Assembly (NCBI GenBank): GCA_943789065.1
Contig: CALSSQ010000001.1
Span: 523,827 to 587,826 of the forward strand
Direction: 5' to 3'
Length of the DNA: 64,000 nt
From: an uncultured Candidatus Actinomarinales bacterium
GTDB taxonomy: Bacteria > Actinomycetota > Acidimicrobiia > Actinomarinales > Actinomarinaceae
The notes under the pieces were generated by a model. It searched no databases, had not been told where the DNA came from, and worked only from the letters and a program-made list of their open reading frames with translations. Positions within the stretch are counted from its first letter, which is position 1; every line of letters starts with the position of its first letter. Made by a program: the position numbers and the translations under genes. Shown piece after piece: positions 29,759 through 39,422 of the stretch.

Positions 29759-30788
29759 ACGAAATGAAAGGGAGTACTATCCCTGTAATTGGAAGAAGTC
29801 CAACAGCACCTCCAAGATTGATGATGGTTTGTAAACCAACCCAGGTTCCAAGTCCAACTAGTATTAGTTTTTTAAAACTATTGTCTGTTGTTAAAGCCAT
29901 GCCATAGAAAGATATTATTAAAATTAAAAATATTATTGTAAGTATTAATATACCAATAAATCCATATTCTTCACCAGTAATAGAAACAATAAAATCAGTA
30001 TATGCGTTTGGCAGCATCCCCCACCTAGCTCTAGATGTACCTGGCCCTAGTCCGGTCAGTCCTCCAGAACTAATTGCAATCCAACTTTGATTTAGCTGAA
30101 AACAATCTCCAAGTAAATCAACACCTTCTTGACATTTACCAGTTACAAAAGTTTCAATTCTCTGACGTCTGTAATCTGAAGCATTTGCGAATAAATAAAG
30201 AGGAAATACTGATAGCGATAATATTGCTGCTGGATATCTTGCTTTGATATCTGAAAATACGATCTGAACAAAAAAAATGCCTAATATTGTTAATGTTGTT
30301 CCATAATCGGGTTCTAAATAAATTAAGAAACAACAGACAATTGGTAACAGTATTGCGCGTTGTAAATAGTACCTATGAGAGTGTTCATTTTTTAATTCAG
30401 ATAATTTATGGGCAACCCATAAAATAATTATTGGTTTTGCAAACTCACTTGGCTGAAAATATACGGGCCCTAAGTCTATCCATCTCCTACTTCCGCCTAC
30501 TACTACCCCATATGCAAGTACTAAAAAAAGTGAAAGTGTTATAAGAACTATAAAAGTGTTAGAAAATTTTAAAATGAATTTATATGAGAGGCTTTTCACT
30601 AAGTTGAAAATAATTATTCCAATTACCAAAGAGGCCACGTGACGCTTAATAAAATAAAAATTATCGTCGTATTGATTTAGACCTTGTACTGAAGAAGCTG
30701 ATATTTGTAAAAGTAGACCGAATGTAACTAGAAACCAAATTGCGTATAAATTCATTTTCTTAAAAAAAGTATTACTAATATTAATCAT
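29685..30788 (-). CDS. ftsW: SEDS-family peptidoglycan glycosyltransferase FtsW.
   Basis: About 10 transmembrane segments, FtsW/RodA family; position between murD and murG. Confidence 0.8.
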   Translation of the reverse strand: MINISNTFFKKMNLYAIWFLVTFGLLLQISASSVQGLNQYDDNFYFIKRHVASLVIGIIIFNLVKSLSYKFILKFSNTFIVLITLSLFLVLAYGVVVGGSRRWIDLGPVYFQPSEFAKPIIILWVAHKLSELKNEHSHRYYLQRAILLPIVCCFLIYLEPDYGTTLTILGIFFVQIVFSDIKARYPAAILSLSVFPLYLFANASDYRRQRIETFVTGKCQEGVDLLGDCFQLNQSWIAISSGGLTGLGPGTSRARWGMLPNAYTDFIVSITGEEYGFIGILILTIIFLILIISFYGMALTTDNSFKKLILVGLGTWVGLQTIINLGGAVGLLPITGIVLPFISYGGTAMVSIFIGLSLAHNETLYNE

Positions 30789-31992
30789 TTTGAAGCCCCA
30801 TGCTTAATATTATATTTTTGAAATAATCGCCTCTTATTTTATAATTTTCGAAGTCATTAAAACTCGACCCACCACAGGAAAATAAAACTATCTGATTACT
30901 ACTTATCATTGATGATAATAATTTTTTCAATTGGTAAATATCATCTATATAAATGATATCAGCTTTATGACTACCAAGATTAACATTCATACCCTTTGGA
31001 ATTATTATATGTTTAAAAGTTGGGTCAATATTTAACTTATTTTGCACTGTTTCCTTTGTGATGCCATGAAGTATTAAAATACCTTCCTCATCACAGCCGG
31101 AAAATAGCTTACTTCCTTCAGATACAGCATGATAATTTGTTGCTTTAGAATCATTAATAAATGTAAGATTTTTACCCTTAACCCTCAAGAACTGTTCCAT
31201 TCTATGTTCGTAGTTCATTTCGTTATATTTTATATAATCAATAAACCTTTCATACAAAACCCTTCCACCAATTTTCTTTACTGTTTCGGAGAGAGCTGAT
31301 AGTAGTTCCTTGTGAATTTTTATATTATGATTATTTAAATTGGCATCATCAGAAAGGTTTTTTTCGATTATTCCATAATTGGATCCAATTATTTTTCTAT
31401 CCATTTTTTTATTAGTTAAAAAACTTAATATTTTTACCTTTGAATTTGCATAGTTCTCAATATTTTGATGCCAATCAATATGATCTGGGAAAATATTAAG
31501 AATGACTGCTAAATCAAGATTTAAAATATTTGTGTAATGTAGCTGGTAACTAGAAAGCTCTAGAACCAAATACTCATATTTATTTTCTAAGATTTCTAGA
31601 GGAGACACTCCTATGTTGCCAGCAGAAAAAGAGGTAATACCATTAATATTTAAAAATTTAACAAGTTCACTTACAAAAGTTGTTTTACCATTTGTTCCTG
31701 TAACACCAATAACCTTACCGGTATAGTTCATAGCAAAAATGTCAATATCTGTCTTAATTGGAACTTTTTTATCCAGAAATTGTTGTACAAGATGATGATC
31801 TGGTCTTAACCCAGGTGAGATTATTACCTCGTCAATAGAATCTAAATATTTTTTATTGAAGATTTTCGAGTTTTCTACTTTCTTGAGCTCACTGTCGTCA
31901 TCATCGTGTATAAGATAGTCAGCACCTATTTTGTTTAAATAATTTTCTACTGATTTTCCAGTTACACCATAACCAAGAATTAAATATTTCAA
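30781..31992 (-). CDS. murD: UDP-N-acetylmuramoylalanine--D-glutamate ligase.
   Basis: N-terminal GYGVTGKS, Mur-ligase central GVTGTNGKTT; position. Confidence 0.8.
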   Translation of the reverse strand: MKYLILGYGVTGKSVENYLNKIGADYLIHDDDDSELKKVENSKIFNKKYLDSIDEVIISPGLRPDHHLVQQFLDKKVPIKTDIDIFAMNYTGKVIGVTGTNGKTTFVSELVKFLNINGITSFSAGNIGVSPLEILENKYEYLVLELSSYQLHYTNILNLDLAVILNIFPDHIDWHQNIENYANSKVKILSFLTNKKMDRKIIGSNYGIIEKNLSDDANLNNHNIKIHKELLSALSETVKKIGGRVLYERFIDYIKYNEMNYEHRMEQFLRVKGKNLTFINDSKATNYHAVSEGSKLFSGCDEEGILILHGITKETVQNKLNIDPTFKHIIIPKGMNVNLGSHKADIIYIDDIYQLKKLLSSMISSNQIVLFSCGGSSFNDFENYKIRGDYFKNIILSMGLQND

Positions 31993-33051
31993 TTAGTTAC
32001 CAAATAAAACCCAGTCACCATAGAAGAGACCGAGCGCTATCACAACAAAGATTCCGTTAACTATCCAAAATCTAACTATTATTGTAGTTTCAGCCCAATT
32101 GTTCATCTCAAAGTGGTGATGTAAAGGAGCCATCTTAAAAACCCTTGTTCCACGAATCTTAAATGATGCTACTTGAATAATTACTGACAAAGCCTCTACT
32201 ACATACAACATACAAATAAAAAATATGAGTGCATCTGCGCCAATTGCGAAAAAAATAATTGGAAACATGGCCCCAATGAAATGTGATCCAACATCTCCCA
32301 TTATTATTTTTGCAGGATTTGTATTCCACCATAAGAAACCAAGACACGACCCTGCTATTGATGAGACTAAAATTGACAAATCTAATGAAAGAAAAGCATC
32401 GTTCATAAAATTCGTATAGTAATTCTGATGTCTAAATATCCAGAAGGTCATAACTAGAACTCCGCCAAATGAAACAGTTGAAGTACCTGCAACTAATCCA
32501 TCTAAACCATCAGTTAAGTTAACGGCGTTTGTAAAGCCAACGATAAAAAGTACAATTATAAACCACTTAGCAATACCTATATCAACTCCAAAACCACTAA
32601 AAAGGTAGAGAGTGGTACTTAAATCCCAAGTGTAAAAATAATAACTAATTATTGATGCAACAATAATCTGCAAAATTATTTTGTTTTTAGCATTTAGGCC
32701 TAAATTTCTACCTTGTTGGACTTTTAAGAAATCATCTATAAACCCTACTGATGCCATTAAAGTTCCAAATAGTAATAGAGAAAGTACTTCCGGGACTATA
32801 TAATCAATCTCCACTTTAAATCCTTGACCAATTGTCCAAAAATTAATATGTGCAATTAAAAAACCAAAAAAAGTACCAGCAGCAATAAAAACTCCTCCCA
32901 TGGTTGGTGTCCCTTTTTTGTGGTCATGAAAATTTAGCTCTTCTTGAATTGACTGTCCTATATTTTTTGATTTAAATAAATTAGTACCTATTGCAGTAAA
33001 TAATAAAACAAATAAGAAACTCAATCCTCCAGAAACTATTGTTGCTATCAT
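31993..33051 (-). CDS. mraY: Phospho-N-acetylmuramoyl-pentapeptide transferase.
   Basis: About 10 transmembrane segments, DD and NxxNxxDGxDGL motifs (NAVNLTDGLDGL). Confidence 0.9.
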   Translation of the reverse strand: MIATIVSGGLSFLFVLLFTAIGTNLFKSKNIGQSIQEELNFHDHKKGTPTMGGVFIAAGTFFGFLIAHINFWTIGQGFKVEIDYIVPEVLSLLLFGTLMASVGFIDDFLKVQQGRNLGLNAKNKIILQIIVASIISYYFYTWDLSTTLYLFSGFGVDIGIAKWFIIVLFIVGFTNAVNLTDGLDGLVAGTSTVSFGGVLVMTFWIFRHQNYYTNFMNDAFLSLDLSILVSSIAGSCLGFLWWNTNPAKIIMGDVGSHFIGAMFPIIFFAIGADALIFFICMLYVVEALSVIIQVASFKIRGTRVFKMAPLHHHFEMNNWAETTIIVRFWIVNGIFVVIALGLFYGDWVLFGN

Positions 33052-34463
33052 TTCATATCTTTAATTAAATTACTTATCATTACAGAATCATCGAAATCTA
33101 CAAACCCCTTGTTAAGTTCTTGTTTACTTTCATGTCCTTTACCTAATACTAATAGAACAGATTTACCCAGAAGTGAATCCAGACCTTTCTTTAAAGCTGC
33201 CTTTCTATCTAGAACAATCTCTACTTTTTTATTTAAATCTACTCCTTCAAGAATTTCTTTTGCGATTGTCATTGGATCTTCTTTTCTGGGATTGTCATTT
33301 GTAATGATTATCTGATCAGCTTTGTTAGCGGCTTTTCCCATATTCACTCTTTTGTATGAATCCCTGTTTCCCCCCGCTCCAAAGACAATAATAATTTTTT
33401 CATATTTTTCTAGAACTACTTCTATTGCTTTATCTATTGCTTCGGGTGTATGTGCGTAATCAACATAAACATCATTATCTAAATAAGTAAATTTTTCAAA
33501 TCTACCTTTTGGATTTTTAATATTAACGGTTTCTAATAGAATTCTATCTATCGATAATGTATCTGAAAAGTGCGCCATACCAACAGCTAATAAATAATTC
33601 ATTTCACAATTAGGACCTATAAATGGAAGTATTACGCTGTAATCGTGATTATCAATCTTAAAGCTGACAAGAGTATTGCTTTCAGAACTTTTTATTTCCT
33701 TAATGAACATATCATTTTCTTTTTTAAAACCAATACTCCACGATTCTCCATTAACCTCTTTGTTCAGTCTTGTACCCCAATCTTCGTCTATGAATACATA
33801 CTGTTTAGAAAGATTTTTATTAAATAGTTTTTTCTTAGCATCAAAATAAGTGTCAATATTGTCGTGGTAGTCAAAGTGATCCTGTGAAAGGTTTGTAAAT
33901 CCTGAAACTAAGAATTTCATTCCTTTAAGTCGATTTTGGTCTAATGCATGTGAGGAGACTTCTAAAACTATATTATTAATATGCGTATATTCTTTTTTTC
34001 TCAATAATTTAAATATGTTAAAAAGCTTTGGTGTTGTAAGGTGTTCCTCTTTCGTTATGTCCTTGAATAAATAGTCCTCTGTTGTTCCTATAAAGAGAGA
34101 GTCCTCACCTAGTAGCTGGTTGAGATAATATCCAGTGGTAGTTTTGCCATTAGTGCCTGTGAGTCCGAAAAAGTTTTTATCCACATATTCTGGGTACATT
34201 TTTTTTATGACATGATTAAACACATCTTCATAATTTTCGAATTTAACAACCTTTTCAGATTCAATATCACAATTTATAGAAGTAATTATTAATTTAGCTT
34301 TTTTATTAATAGCTTCAGTCACATATTTATTTAATTTTGTTCTATTGTTTAAATTAATAATTAAAACACAGTCTTCAAACACATCAAGAGTACTATTTAC
34401 TAAATTATCAAGATTTATATCCAAATCATTGAAAATTTGAATTTCTTTAGAAATATCCATCAT
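33048..34463 (-). CDS. murE: UDP-N-acetylmuramoyl-L-alanyl-D-glutamate--2,6-diaminopimelate ligase.
   Basis: GLTGTNGKTTTGYYL and the meso-DAP-recognition motif DNPRKEDP. It is the only Mur ligase between ftsI and mraY. Confidence 0.75.
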   Translation of the reverse strand: MMDISKEIQIFNDLDINLDNLVNSTLDVFEDCVLIINLNNRTKLNKYVTEAINKKAKLIITSINCDIESEKVVKFENYEDVFNHVIKKMYPEYVDKNFFGLTGTNGKTTTGYYLNQLLGEDSLFIGTTEDYLFKDITKEEHLTTPKLFNIFKLLRKKEYTHINNIVLEVSSHALDQNRLKGMKFLVSGFTNLSQDHFDYHDNIDTYFDAKKKLFNKNLSKQYVFIDEDWGTRLNKEVNGESWSIGFKKENDMFIKEIKSSESNTLVSFKIDNHDYSVILPFIGPNCEMNYLLAVGMAHFSDTLSIDRILLETVNIKNPKGRFEKFTYLDNDVYVDYAHTPEAIDKAIEVVLEKYEKIIIVFGAGGNRDSYKRVNMGKAANKADQIIITNDNPRKEDPMTIAKEILEGVDLNKKVEIVLDRKAALKKGLDSLLGKSVLLVLGKGHESKQELNKGFVDFDDSVMISNLIKDMK

Positions 34464-36136
34464 TCACCTGGAACTAGATAACTCACGATAGTTTTAAAAA
34501 TCGGAGCAGCTGTAGAACCTCCTGTAACATATTCAGAACGTGGAGAAATTTCAGCACCCCATAGTAAAACAGATCCAACTACAGGTCCTTCATCAGTTTC
34601 GATAAATCCAGTAAAAGATGTATTGAATCTAGAATTTGAATAACCAATCCCTTCGATGTGTGTCCTACTTGTACCTGTCTTACCGCCGATTGTATAATTA
34701 TCCATTCTTAGGGACTTACCCGTACCATTTTTTCCCTCGACTACATTAATTAATAATTCTTTGAGCTTCATTGCTGTTGATTCTGAAATAATCTCAGTTG
34801 AACTTTTATTATTACTTATTCCTCTAGTCAAAGTTAAGTCTACATTTTTTCCACCATTAGCAATAATGCTATAAGCTTTTACCATTTGATATTGAGAAAC
34901 ATCAATTGAGTATCCTATTGAAAGTGAGCTTAGACATGTTTTACAAGTATTATATTCCGTAAAGCCTCCCCTAGTTTCACCAGATAATTCAACTCCGGTT
35001 TTTTCAGAAAAGCCAAACTTTTTTAAAAATTCTTCAATATCATTTATATCTGAACTTTGAGTTGCAAGAATTGTTCCAACGTTTGATGATCTCTCAATTA
35101 TTTCCTTTACAGATAAAATATATTTCTCGTGCTTAAGAAAGTCATGAAAGCAACCTTTATCCTTTCCTTTGTAATTTATAGCACATGAACCATTGATAAT
35201 TTCAATTTGATCCTCAACTTCAAATGTTGTTGTTGCTTGAATTAGGTTGTTTTCTATTGCTGAGCCAATTGTGAAGATTTTTAGTGCTGATCCAGGTTCA
35301 TAATTAGCTCTTCCGCTAATGAGATTTATATTAAAATTTTCAGTTTCAGGGGATTTTTTTTCTGCAGAGATAATGATCTCCCCACTGAGAGCATTAGCAA
35401 ATACAACTGAACAATTGTATGCTTTTGTTTCGGTTAATGCTTGTGCGCAAAGATTCTCACTTAAATACTGTAGATCACCATCTATAGAAAGTATTATGTC
35501 ATCACCATGGACAGGTTGTATTGTACTTATTTCTCCTTGAGGAATAATCGATCCATTAGGGGCAGCCTCATATCTTAACTCTCCATTTCTACCAGTAAGT
35601 AAAGTGTCGTAATATAGCTCAAGACCCTCGATTCCGTTATTGTCTGGGTCTACTCTTCCAACAATATTCTGAAGCGAATTCGAGTGTAATATTCTTTTAG
35701 ACGATAACTCCGGGTAAAGGCCCTTATAGTTCCAACTTTTAATTTCTTTTCCTATTTCAAAATCAACATTTCTTTTAATATAAAAATATGAATTTCTAGA
35801 TTCAAGCTCACTTAAAATTTTATTTTCTTCCATGTCTAAAAATAATGAAAGTACTTCAGATAGTTCTTCTTTCTCTGAGACCTCATTTGGTCGGATACCA
35901 ATATTATAAGACTGGACACTACTAGAGATAACATTAAGGTTTCTGTCGTAAATAGATCCTCTTGCTGCTTCTAAAACCTCTACTTTTTCTCTATATGACA
36001 AAGCTTGGTTCTGAAAATATTCAGATTTGGAAAATTGAAGATCGTAAACAGTTGATATAAAAAGTGCTGCACCAGTTAGGAAAGTTGCATTGACAAGTAT
36101 GAATAATAGAATCTCCTTCACTTTTTTAAAGTTCAT
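34460..36136 (-). CDS. ftsI: Class B penicillin-binding protein, division transpeptidase FtsI.
   Basis: N-terminal transmembrane segment and transpeptidase motifs SALK (SxxK), SSN, KTGT. Confidence 0.85.
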   Translation of the reverse strand: MNFKKVKEILLFILVNATFLTGAALFISTVYDLQFSKSEYFQNQALSYREKVEVLEAARGSIYDRNLNVISSSVQSYNIGIRPNEVSEKEELSEVLSLFLDMEENKILSELESRNSYFYIKRNVDFEIGKEIKSWNYKGLYPELSSKRILHSNSLQNIVGRVDPDNNGIEGLELYYDTLLTGRNGELRYEAAPNGSIIPQGEISTIQPVHGDDIILSIDGDLQYLSENLCAQALTETKAYNCSVVFANALSGEIIISAEKKSPETENFNINLISGRANYEPGSALKIFTIGSAIENNLIQATTTFEVEDQIEIINGSCAINYKGKDKGCFHDFLKHEKYILSVKEIIERSSNVGTILATQSSDINDIEEFLKKFGFSEKTGVELSGETRGGFTEYNTCKTCLSSLSIGYSIDVSQYQMVKAYSIIANGGKNVDLTLTRGISNNKSSTEIISESTAMKLKELLINVVEGKNGTGKSLRMDNYTIGGKTGTSRTHIEGIGYSNSRFNTSFTGFIETDEGPVVGSVLLWGAEISPRSEYVTGGSTAAPIFKTIVSYLVPGE

Positions 36137-36456
36137 TTACCAAACCCTAAAACTGTTGTAGCATCTCTATTTTCAGACATAGATTTATACGGCGCAAATA
36201 AATCTCTGCTTGTTTGTTGGATATCTAGTCTGGTATATGCATTATTTTTAGAAAGTAAATCAATATTTTGTATTGAATAATTTTCAATATAGAGCACGTG
36301 GGTAGTTTGTTTTTCTCTCTCTAGTTCAATTATTTCAAGATTTAACTGATTAAGTTCTGAAGAAATGGAATTTATTTCTAAATTTAAATATAAATTAAAA
36401 ATTACAGAAAATACAATTGCAATGAACGTACTACGAAAAATTAGTTTTCTACTCAT
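36133..36456 (-). CDS. ftsL: Cell division protein FtsL.
   Basis: 107 aa, single transmembrane segment plus coiled coil; position between rsmH and ftsI. Confidence 0.6.
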   Translation of the reverse strand: MSRKLIFRSTFIAIVFSVIFNLYLNLEINSISSELNQLNLEIIELEREKQTTHVLYIENYSIQNIDLLSKNNAYTRLDIQQTSRDLFAPYKSMSENRDATTVLGFGK

Positions 36457-37370
36457 AGCTTTATCACAGATCTCATAATTGCCGACTTTGATCGTGGGTT
36501 GGAAGATATCTCTTCTGGACTAGGTGTATATTTTTTCTTCTTTAAATAACGAAATTCTTGTTCTATATCACAGTTGCATATAGGAGCTTTTGGATCACAA
36601 ATACAATCAATCGTTAAGTTTTGCATAAAATTTTTTACAATTTTATCTTCAAGTGAATGATAGGAAATACATATAATTGCACCATCAGTGCTGATATGTC
36701 CCTTTATGTCAGTTAAAGATTTTTTTATCTCCGATAACTCATCATTTACTTCAATCCTTAAACCTTGAAATATTCTTCTTATGGTTTTATTTGTGAATAT
36801 TGGATTTTGTCGTGGAATTGCATCCTTAATTAAACTAACTAACTCGAAAGTTGTATTTACTGGTCGAAGCTCTACAATTTTCTCTGCTATTTTGAATGCA
36901 TACTTCTCTTCGCTGTAATTATTGAACACATTCAATAACTCCTGTAATGTGTAATCGTTAATAACATCCTTGGCAGTTAAATGAGAATCTATATCCATTC
37001 TCATATCTAAATCTGCATTTTGCTGAAACGAAAAACCTCTTTCAGATTTATCAATTTGATGAGACGAAAGACCGAAATCATAAAAAATACCACTTATAGG
37101 TGTTGATTCAGTGTCAATTAGGTAGCGTGAGATTTCAGAAAAATTCAGTTTAATTACATTATCATCATTTTTTTTTGCTGCAATAGCTTCTGGGTCTCTA
37201 TCGAAACCAAGTAAATCTAAATCCTTGTAATCTTTTAATGTTTGAAAATGTGAACCATAACCATAAGTAGCATCTATAAATAATCCTTTTGGGAGTGCCT
37301 TAACTATTGAAGTAACTTCTCCAACCATTACACCACTGTGTGGTAAATACTCTGCCCTGTTTGTATTCAT
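36453..37370 (-). CDS. rsmH: 16S rRNA (cytosine1402-N4)-methyltransferase RsmH (MraW).
   Basis: SAM-dependent methyltransferase fold (DATYGYGSHF, GFDRDPEA); position after mraZ. Confidence 0.85.
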   Translation of the reverse strand: MNTNRAEYLPHSGVMVGEVTSIVKALPKGLFIDATYGYGSHFQTLKDYKDLDLLGFDRDPEAIAAKKNDDNVIKLNFSEISRYLIDTESTPISGIFYDFGLSSHQIDKSERGFSFQQNADLDMRMDIDSHLTAKDVINDYTLQELLNVFNNYSEEKYAFKIAEKIVELRPVNTTFELVSLIKDAIPRQNPIFTNKTIRRIFQGLRIEVNDELSEIKKSLTDIKGHISTDGAIICISYHSLEDKIVKNFMQNLTIDCICDPKAPICNCDIEQEFRYLKKKKYTPSPEEISSNPRSKSAIMRSVIKL

Positions 37371-37457
37371 ACCCAGCTCTCTAGAACTGGCACCAATTGG
37401 AAAGTTGGGCGGAGTAAGGGTATTCCAATTTAGTTGTCTAGAGAGCTGGCTATGAAC

Positions 37458-37910
37458 CTATCCTTTCACTTCATTTATATTCGCAAATGCATCGTCAGAG
37501 TCACTTTGAATTTTCTTCCATGTTTTGGTTGCCCAAATTTCAATAACTGGACCGGATCCCGTAACTGTTACGTCATCATTTTCTTTGATAGCGCTATAAG
37601 CTCTTAAGTTTTCAGGTATTTGTATTCTTCCAGCAGAATCGAGAGAGGAATCCACCGCACCAGAAAATAATGCTCTTCTTAACTGTCTTGAAGTTTTGTC
37701 AGTTGATGGCAGAGAAGCCATCTTCTCAGATTCTTGATTCCAGTTTTTCTTTGTCAGAATTTGTAAGCAGTTGTCGAGTCCCTTAGTAACTACACAGCCC
37801 TGTTGAAGCTCTTTCCTGAACTTAGAAGGTATAACGACTCTACCCTTCGAATCCATTGTATGTTTATATTCACCAAGGAACACTTTTCCGCCTTTCGTGC
37901 CTTGAACCAC
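37458..37910 (-). CDS. mraZ: Transcriptional regulator MraZ.
   Basis: Two DxxxR repeats (DSKGRVVIP and DSAGRIQIP). The conserved N-terminus (M)FLGEY begins at an internal GTG near 37880, preceded by aaaggcgg. Confidence 0.85.
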   Translation of the reverse strand: MVQGTKGGKVFLGEYKHTMDSKGRVVIPSKFRKELQQGCVVTKGLDNCLQILTKKNWNQESEKMASLPSTDKTSRQLRRALFSGAVDSSLDSAGRIQIPENLRAYSAIKENDDVTVTGSGPVIEIWATKTWKKIQSDSDDAFANINEVKG

Positions 37911-37914
37911 TCTG

Positions 37915-37947
37915 TGACATTATATGACACTTTATGACATCTTGCAA
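37915..37947 (-). promoter_or_regulatory. Putative Pmra promoter (TTGCAA-17 nt-TATAAT) overlapped by three 10-bp-phased TGACA direct repeats; candidate MraZ operator.
   Basis: Plus strand gtgacattat/atgacacttt/atgacatctt: TGACA at 37915-19, 37925-29 and 37935-39. Minus-strand TATAAT is at 37924-37919 and TTGCAA at 37947-37942. Confidence 0.55.
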
Positions 37948-37965
37948 CACAAAATGATAAAAAAA

Positions 37966-38478
37966 TTATGTAAGGACTAAATACTCTTTCCAATCCGGGT
38001 CAGGATTGTTACCAATAATTGTTTTGATCCAAAAGTTTCCCTCAGGTATTTTTGGATTAATTTTAAGATTCAAACTAGTTTTATTCAATAATTTGTCTGC
38101 TTTTAAAAGATTACATTTTTTACAGCATGCAACTACATTACTCCATTCATGAGAACCACCCTTAGACTTTGGAATAATATGATCTATTGACTCAGCAGCA
38201 TTACTACAGTATTGACAAGCATAAGAGTCCCGTATAAAAATATTTTCCCTATTTAGAGCTACTCTCCTCGCATATGGAGCTTTTACGAAATAAGTCAAAA
38301 CAGCTACTTTTGGAATAGCAACAGATTGGCCAACAGATCTTAATTTTATATCGGATTCTTTAAGAACATTTATTTTTTTACTAAACAAAAGTGCAAGTGC
38401 TCGTTGCGGTGTAGCTAAAGAAAGTGGTTGAAAAGTAGAATTTAATATTAATGTCTTGTGAGTATTCATGTTACCCAC
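37966..38478 (-). CDS. HNH endonuclease (McrA-like).
   Basis: CQYC...DHIIPKSKGGSHEWSNVVACCKKCNLLK: HNH motif with zinc-finger cysteines. Confidence 0.75.
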   Translation of the reverse strand: MGNMNTHKTLILNSTFQPLSLATPQRALALLFSKKINVLKESDIKLRSVGQSVAIPKVAVLTYFVKAPYARRVALNRENIFIRDSYACQYCSNAAESIDHIIPKSKGGSHEWSNVVACCKKCNLLKADKLLNKTSLNLKINPKIPEGNFWIKTIIGNNPDPDWKEYLVLT

Positions 38479-38498
38479 GGTAAATAGCTCTCAGTGGA

Positions 38499-38990
38499 TT
38501 AAGCTTGCATTTCTTGATTAATGACATCTTCTTCAACTTTAGTTAGTAAGTTTAAAAATCTTTCTTTATCAAGCTCAAATTTTGAGACATCTTCTTTTAC
38601 TTCTTTAGCTATATCATCAATTGTTTCAAAGAATGCAAGTTGTCCAGACTTGAGTGCGTCAAAAACTTGGTCCTCTTCTACAGAGTATATTGTCTCCCCA
38701 TCGGAAACTAACTTTATTTCTGACAGTTCAGAAATAAGATTTCCATTTTTAGATAAGTATTTCCATGCTCGCCTTACTCTTTGAATGCTCATTCCATTAT
38801 CTAAGAGAGTTTTAACCACTCTTAGAGAGACTATGTCTCTGAATGAATAAAGTTTTGGAACACCGGGCTTGCCATTTGAAGACTGAATACTTGGTGAAAC
38901 AAGTTTAACTTTGTCCCAATATCTTAATTGGTGCGATGTGCAACCAGTTAAATAACTCGCTTGCTTTGATGTAAAAGCATCTCTTTTCAA
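38499..38990 (-). CDS. MerR-family helix-turn-helix DNA-binding protein.
   Basis: N-terminal HTH (FTSKQASYLTGCTSHQLRYWDK...YSFRDIVSLRVVKTLLDNGMSIQRV). Confidence 0.55.
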   Translation of the reverse strand: MKRDAFTSKQASYLTGCTSHQLRYWDKVKLVSPSIQSSNGKPGVPKLYSFRDIVSLRVVKTLLDNGMSIQRVRRAWKYLSKNGNLISELSEIKLVSDGETIYSVEEDQVFDALKSGQLAFFETIDDIAKEVKEDVSKFELDKERFLNLLTKVEEDVINQEMQA

Positions 38991-39033
38991 AACCTTACTC
39001 CTAAATAGTGATGTATATTAAATTTAATTAAAT

Positions 39034-39384
39034 CTATTTAGTTTGTCTAGAAGTATCTTTATTTCTTATTACAGAATAAACCTGTTTAAAATTCCATTCG
39101 TTTATATTCTCTGCTTTGAGCAATGCTTTGGTGTTTCTAACGAAGACATATCCAGATACTGCCATCAATGCAAAGCCAACCATAGCAATAATCGGTTGTA
39201 CGATGTAGCTTCCTAGCATTGTAAGTAATCCTAAAACAAATGTGCCAAAAGAAATAACAGATCTAGTTCTTGAAAAACTAGAAAGAGTTGATGTCTCTAC
39301 TGTCTTAGCTAAATCCGGATCTTCTTTTGAAAGCTCCAGTTCAATCTGTTTTAATATTTCTTCTTCTTTTTTGTTTAATGCCAT
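39034..39384 (-). CDS. DUF3040-family membrane protein (actinobacterial, near dcw).
   Basis: MALNKKEEEILKQIELELSKEDPDLAK N-terminus and two C-terminal transmembrane segments match DUF3040 architecture. Confidence 0.6.
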   Translation of the reverse strand: MALNKKEEEILKQIELELSKEDPDLAKTVETSTLSSFSRTRSVISFGTFVLGLLTMLGSYIVQPIIAMVGFALMAVSGYVFVRNTKALLKAENINEWNFKQVYSVIRNKDTSRQTK

Positions 39385-39422
39385 GTTTAGATTTTAATAT
39401 AAATTGAAACTACCCTGTAATT

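Noticed and set aside
37790-37993. 67-aa minus-strand ORF overlapping the mraZ start and promoter.
   Set aside because: It is out of frame with mraZ and covers the promoter/operator repeats. The MraZ N-terminal motif is in the other frame.
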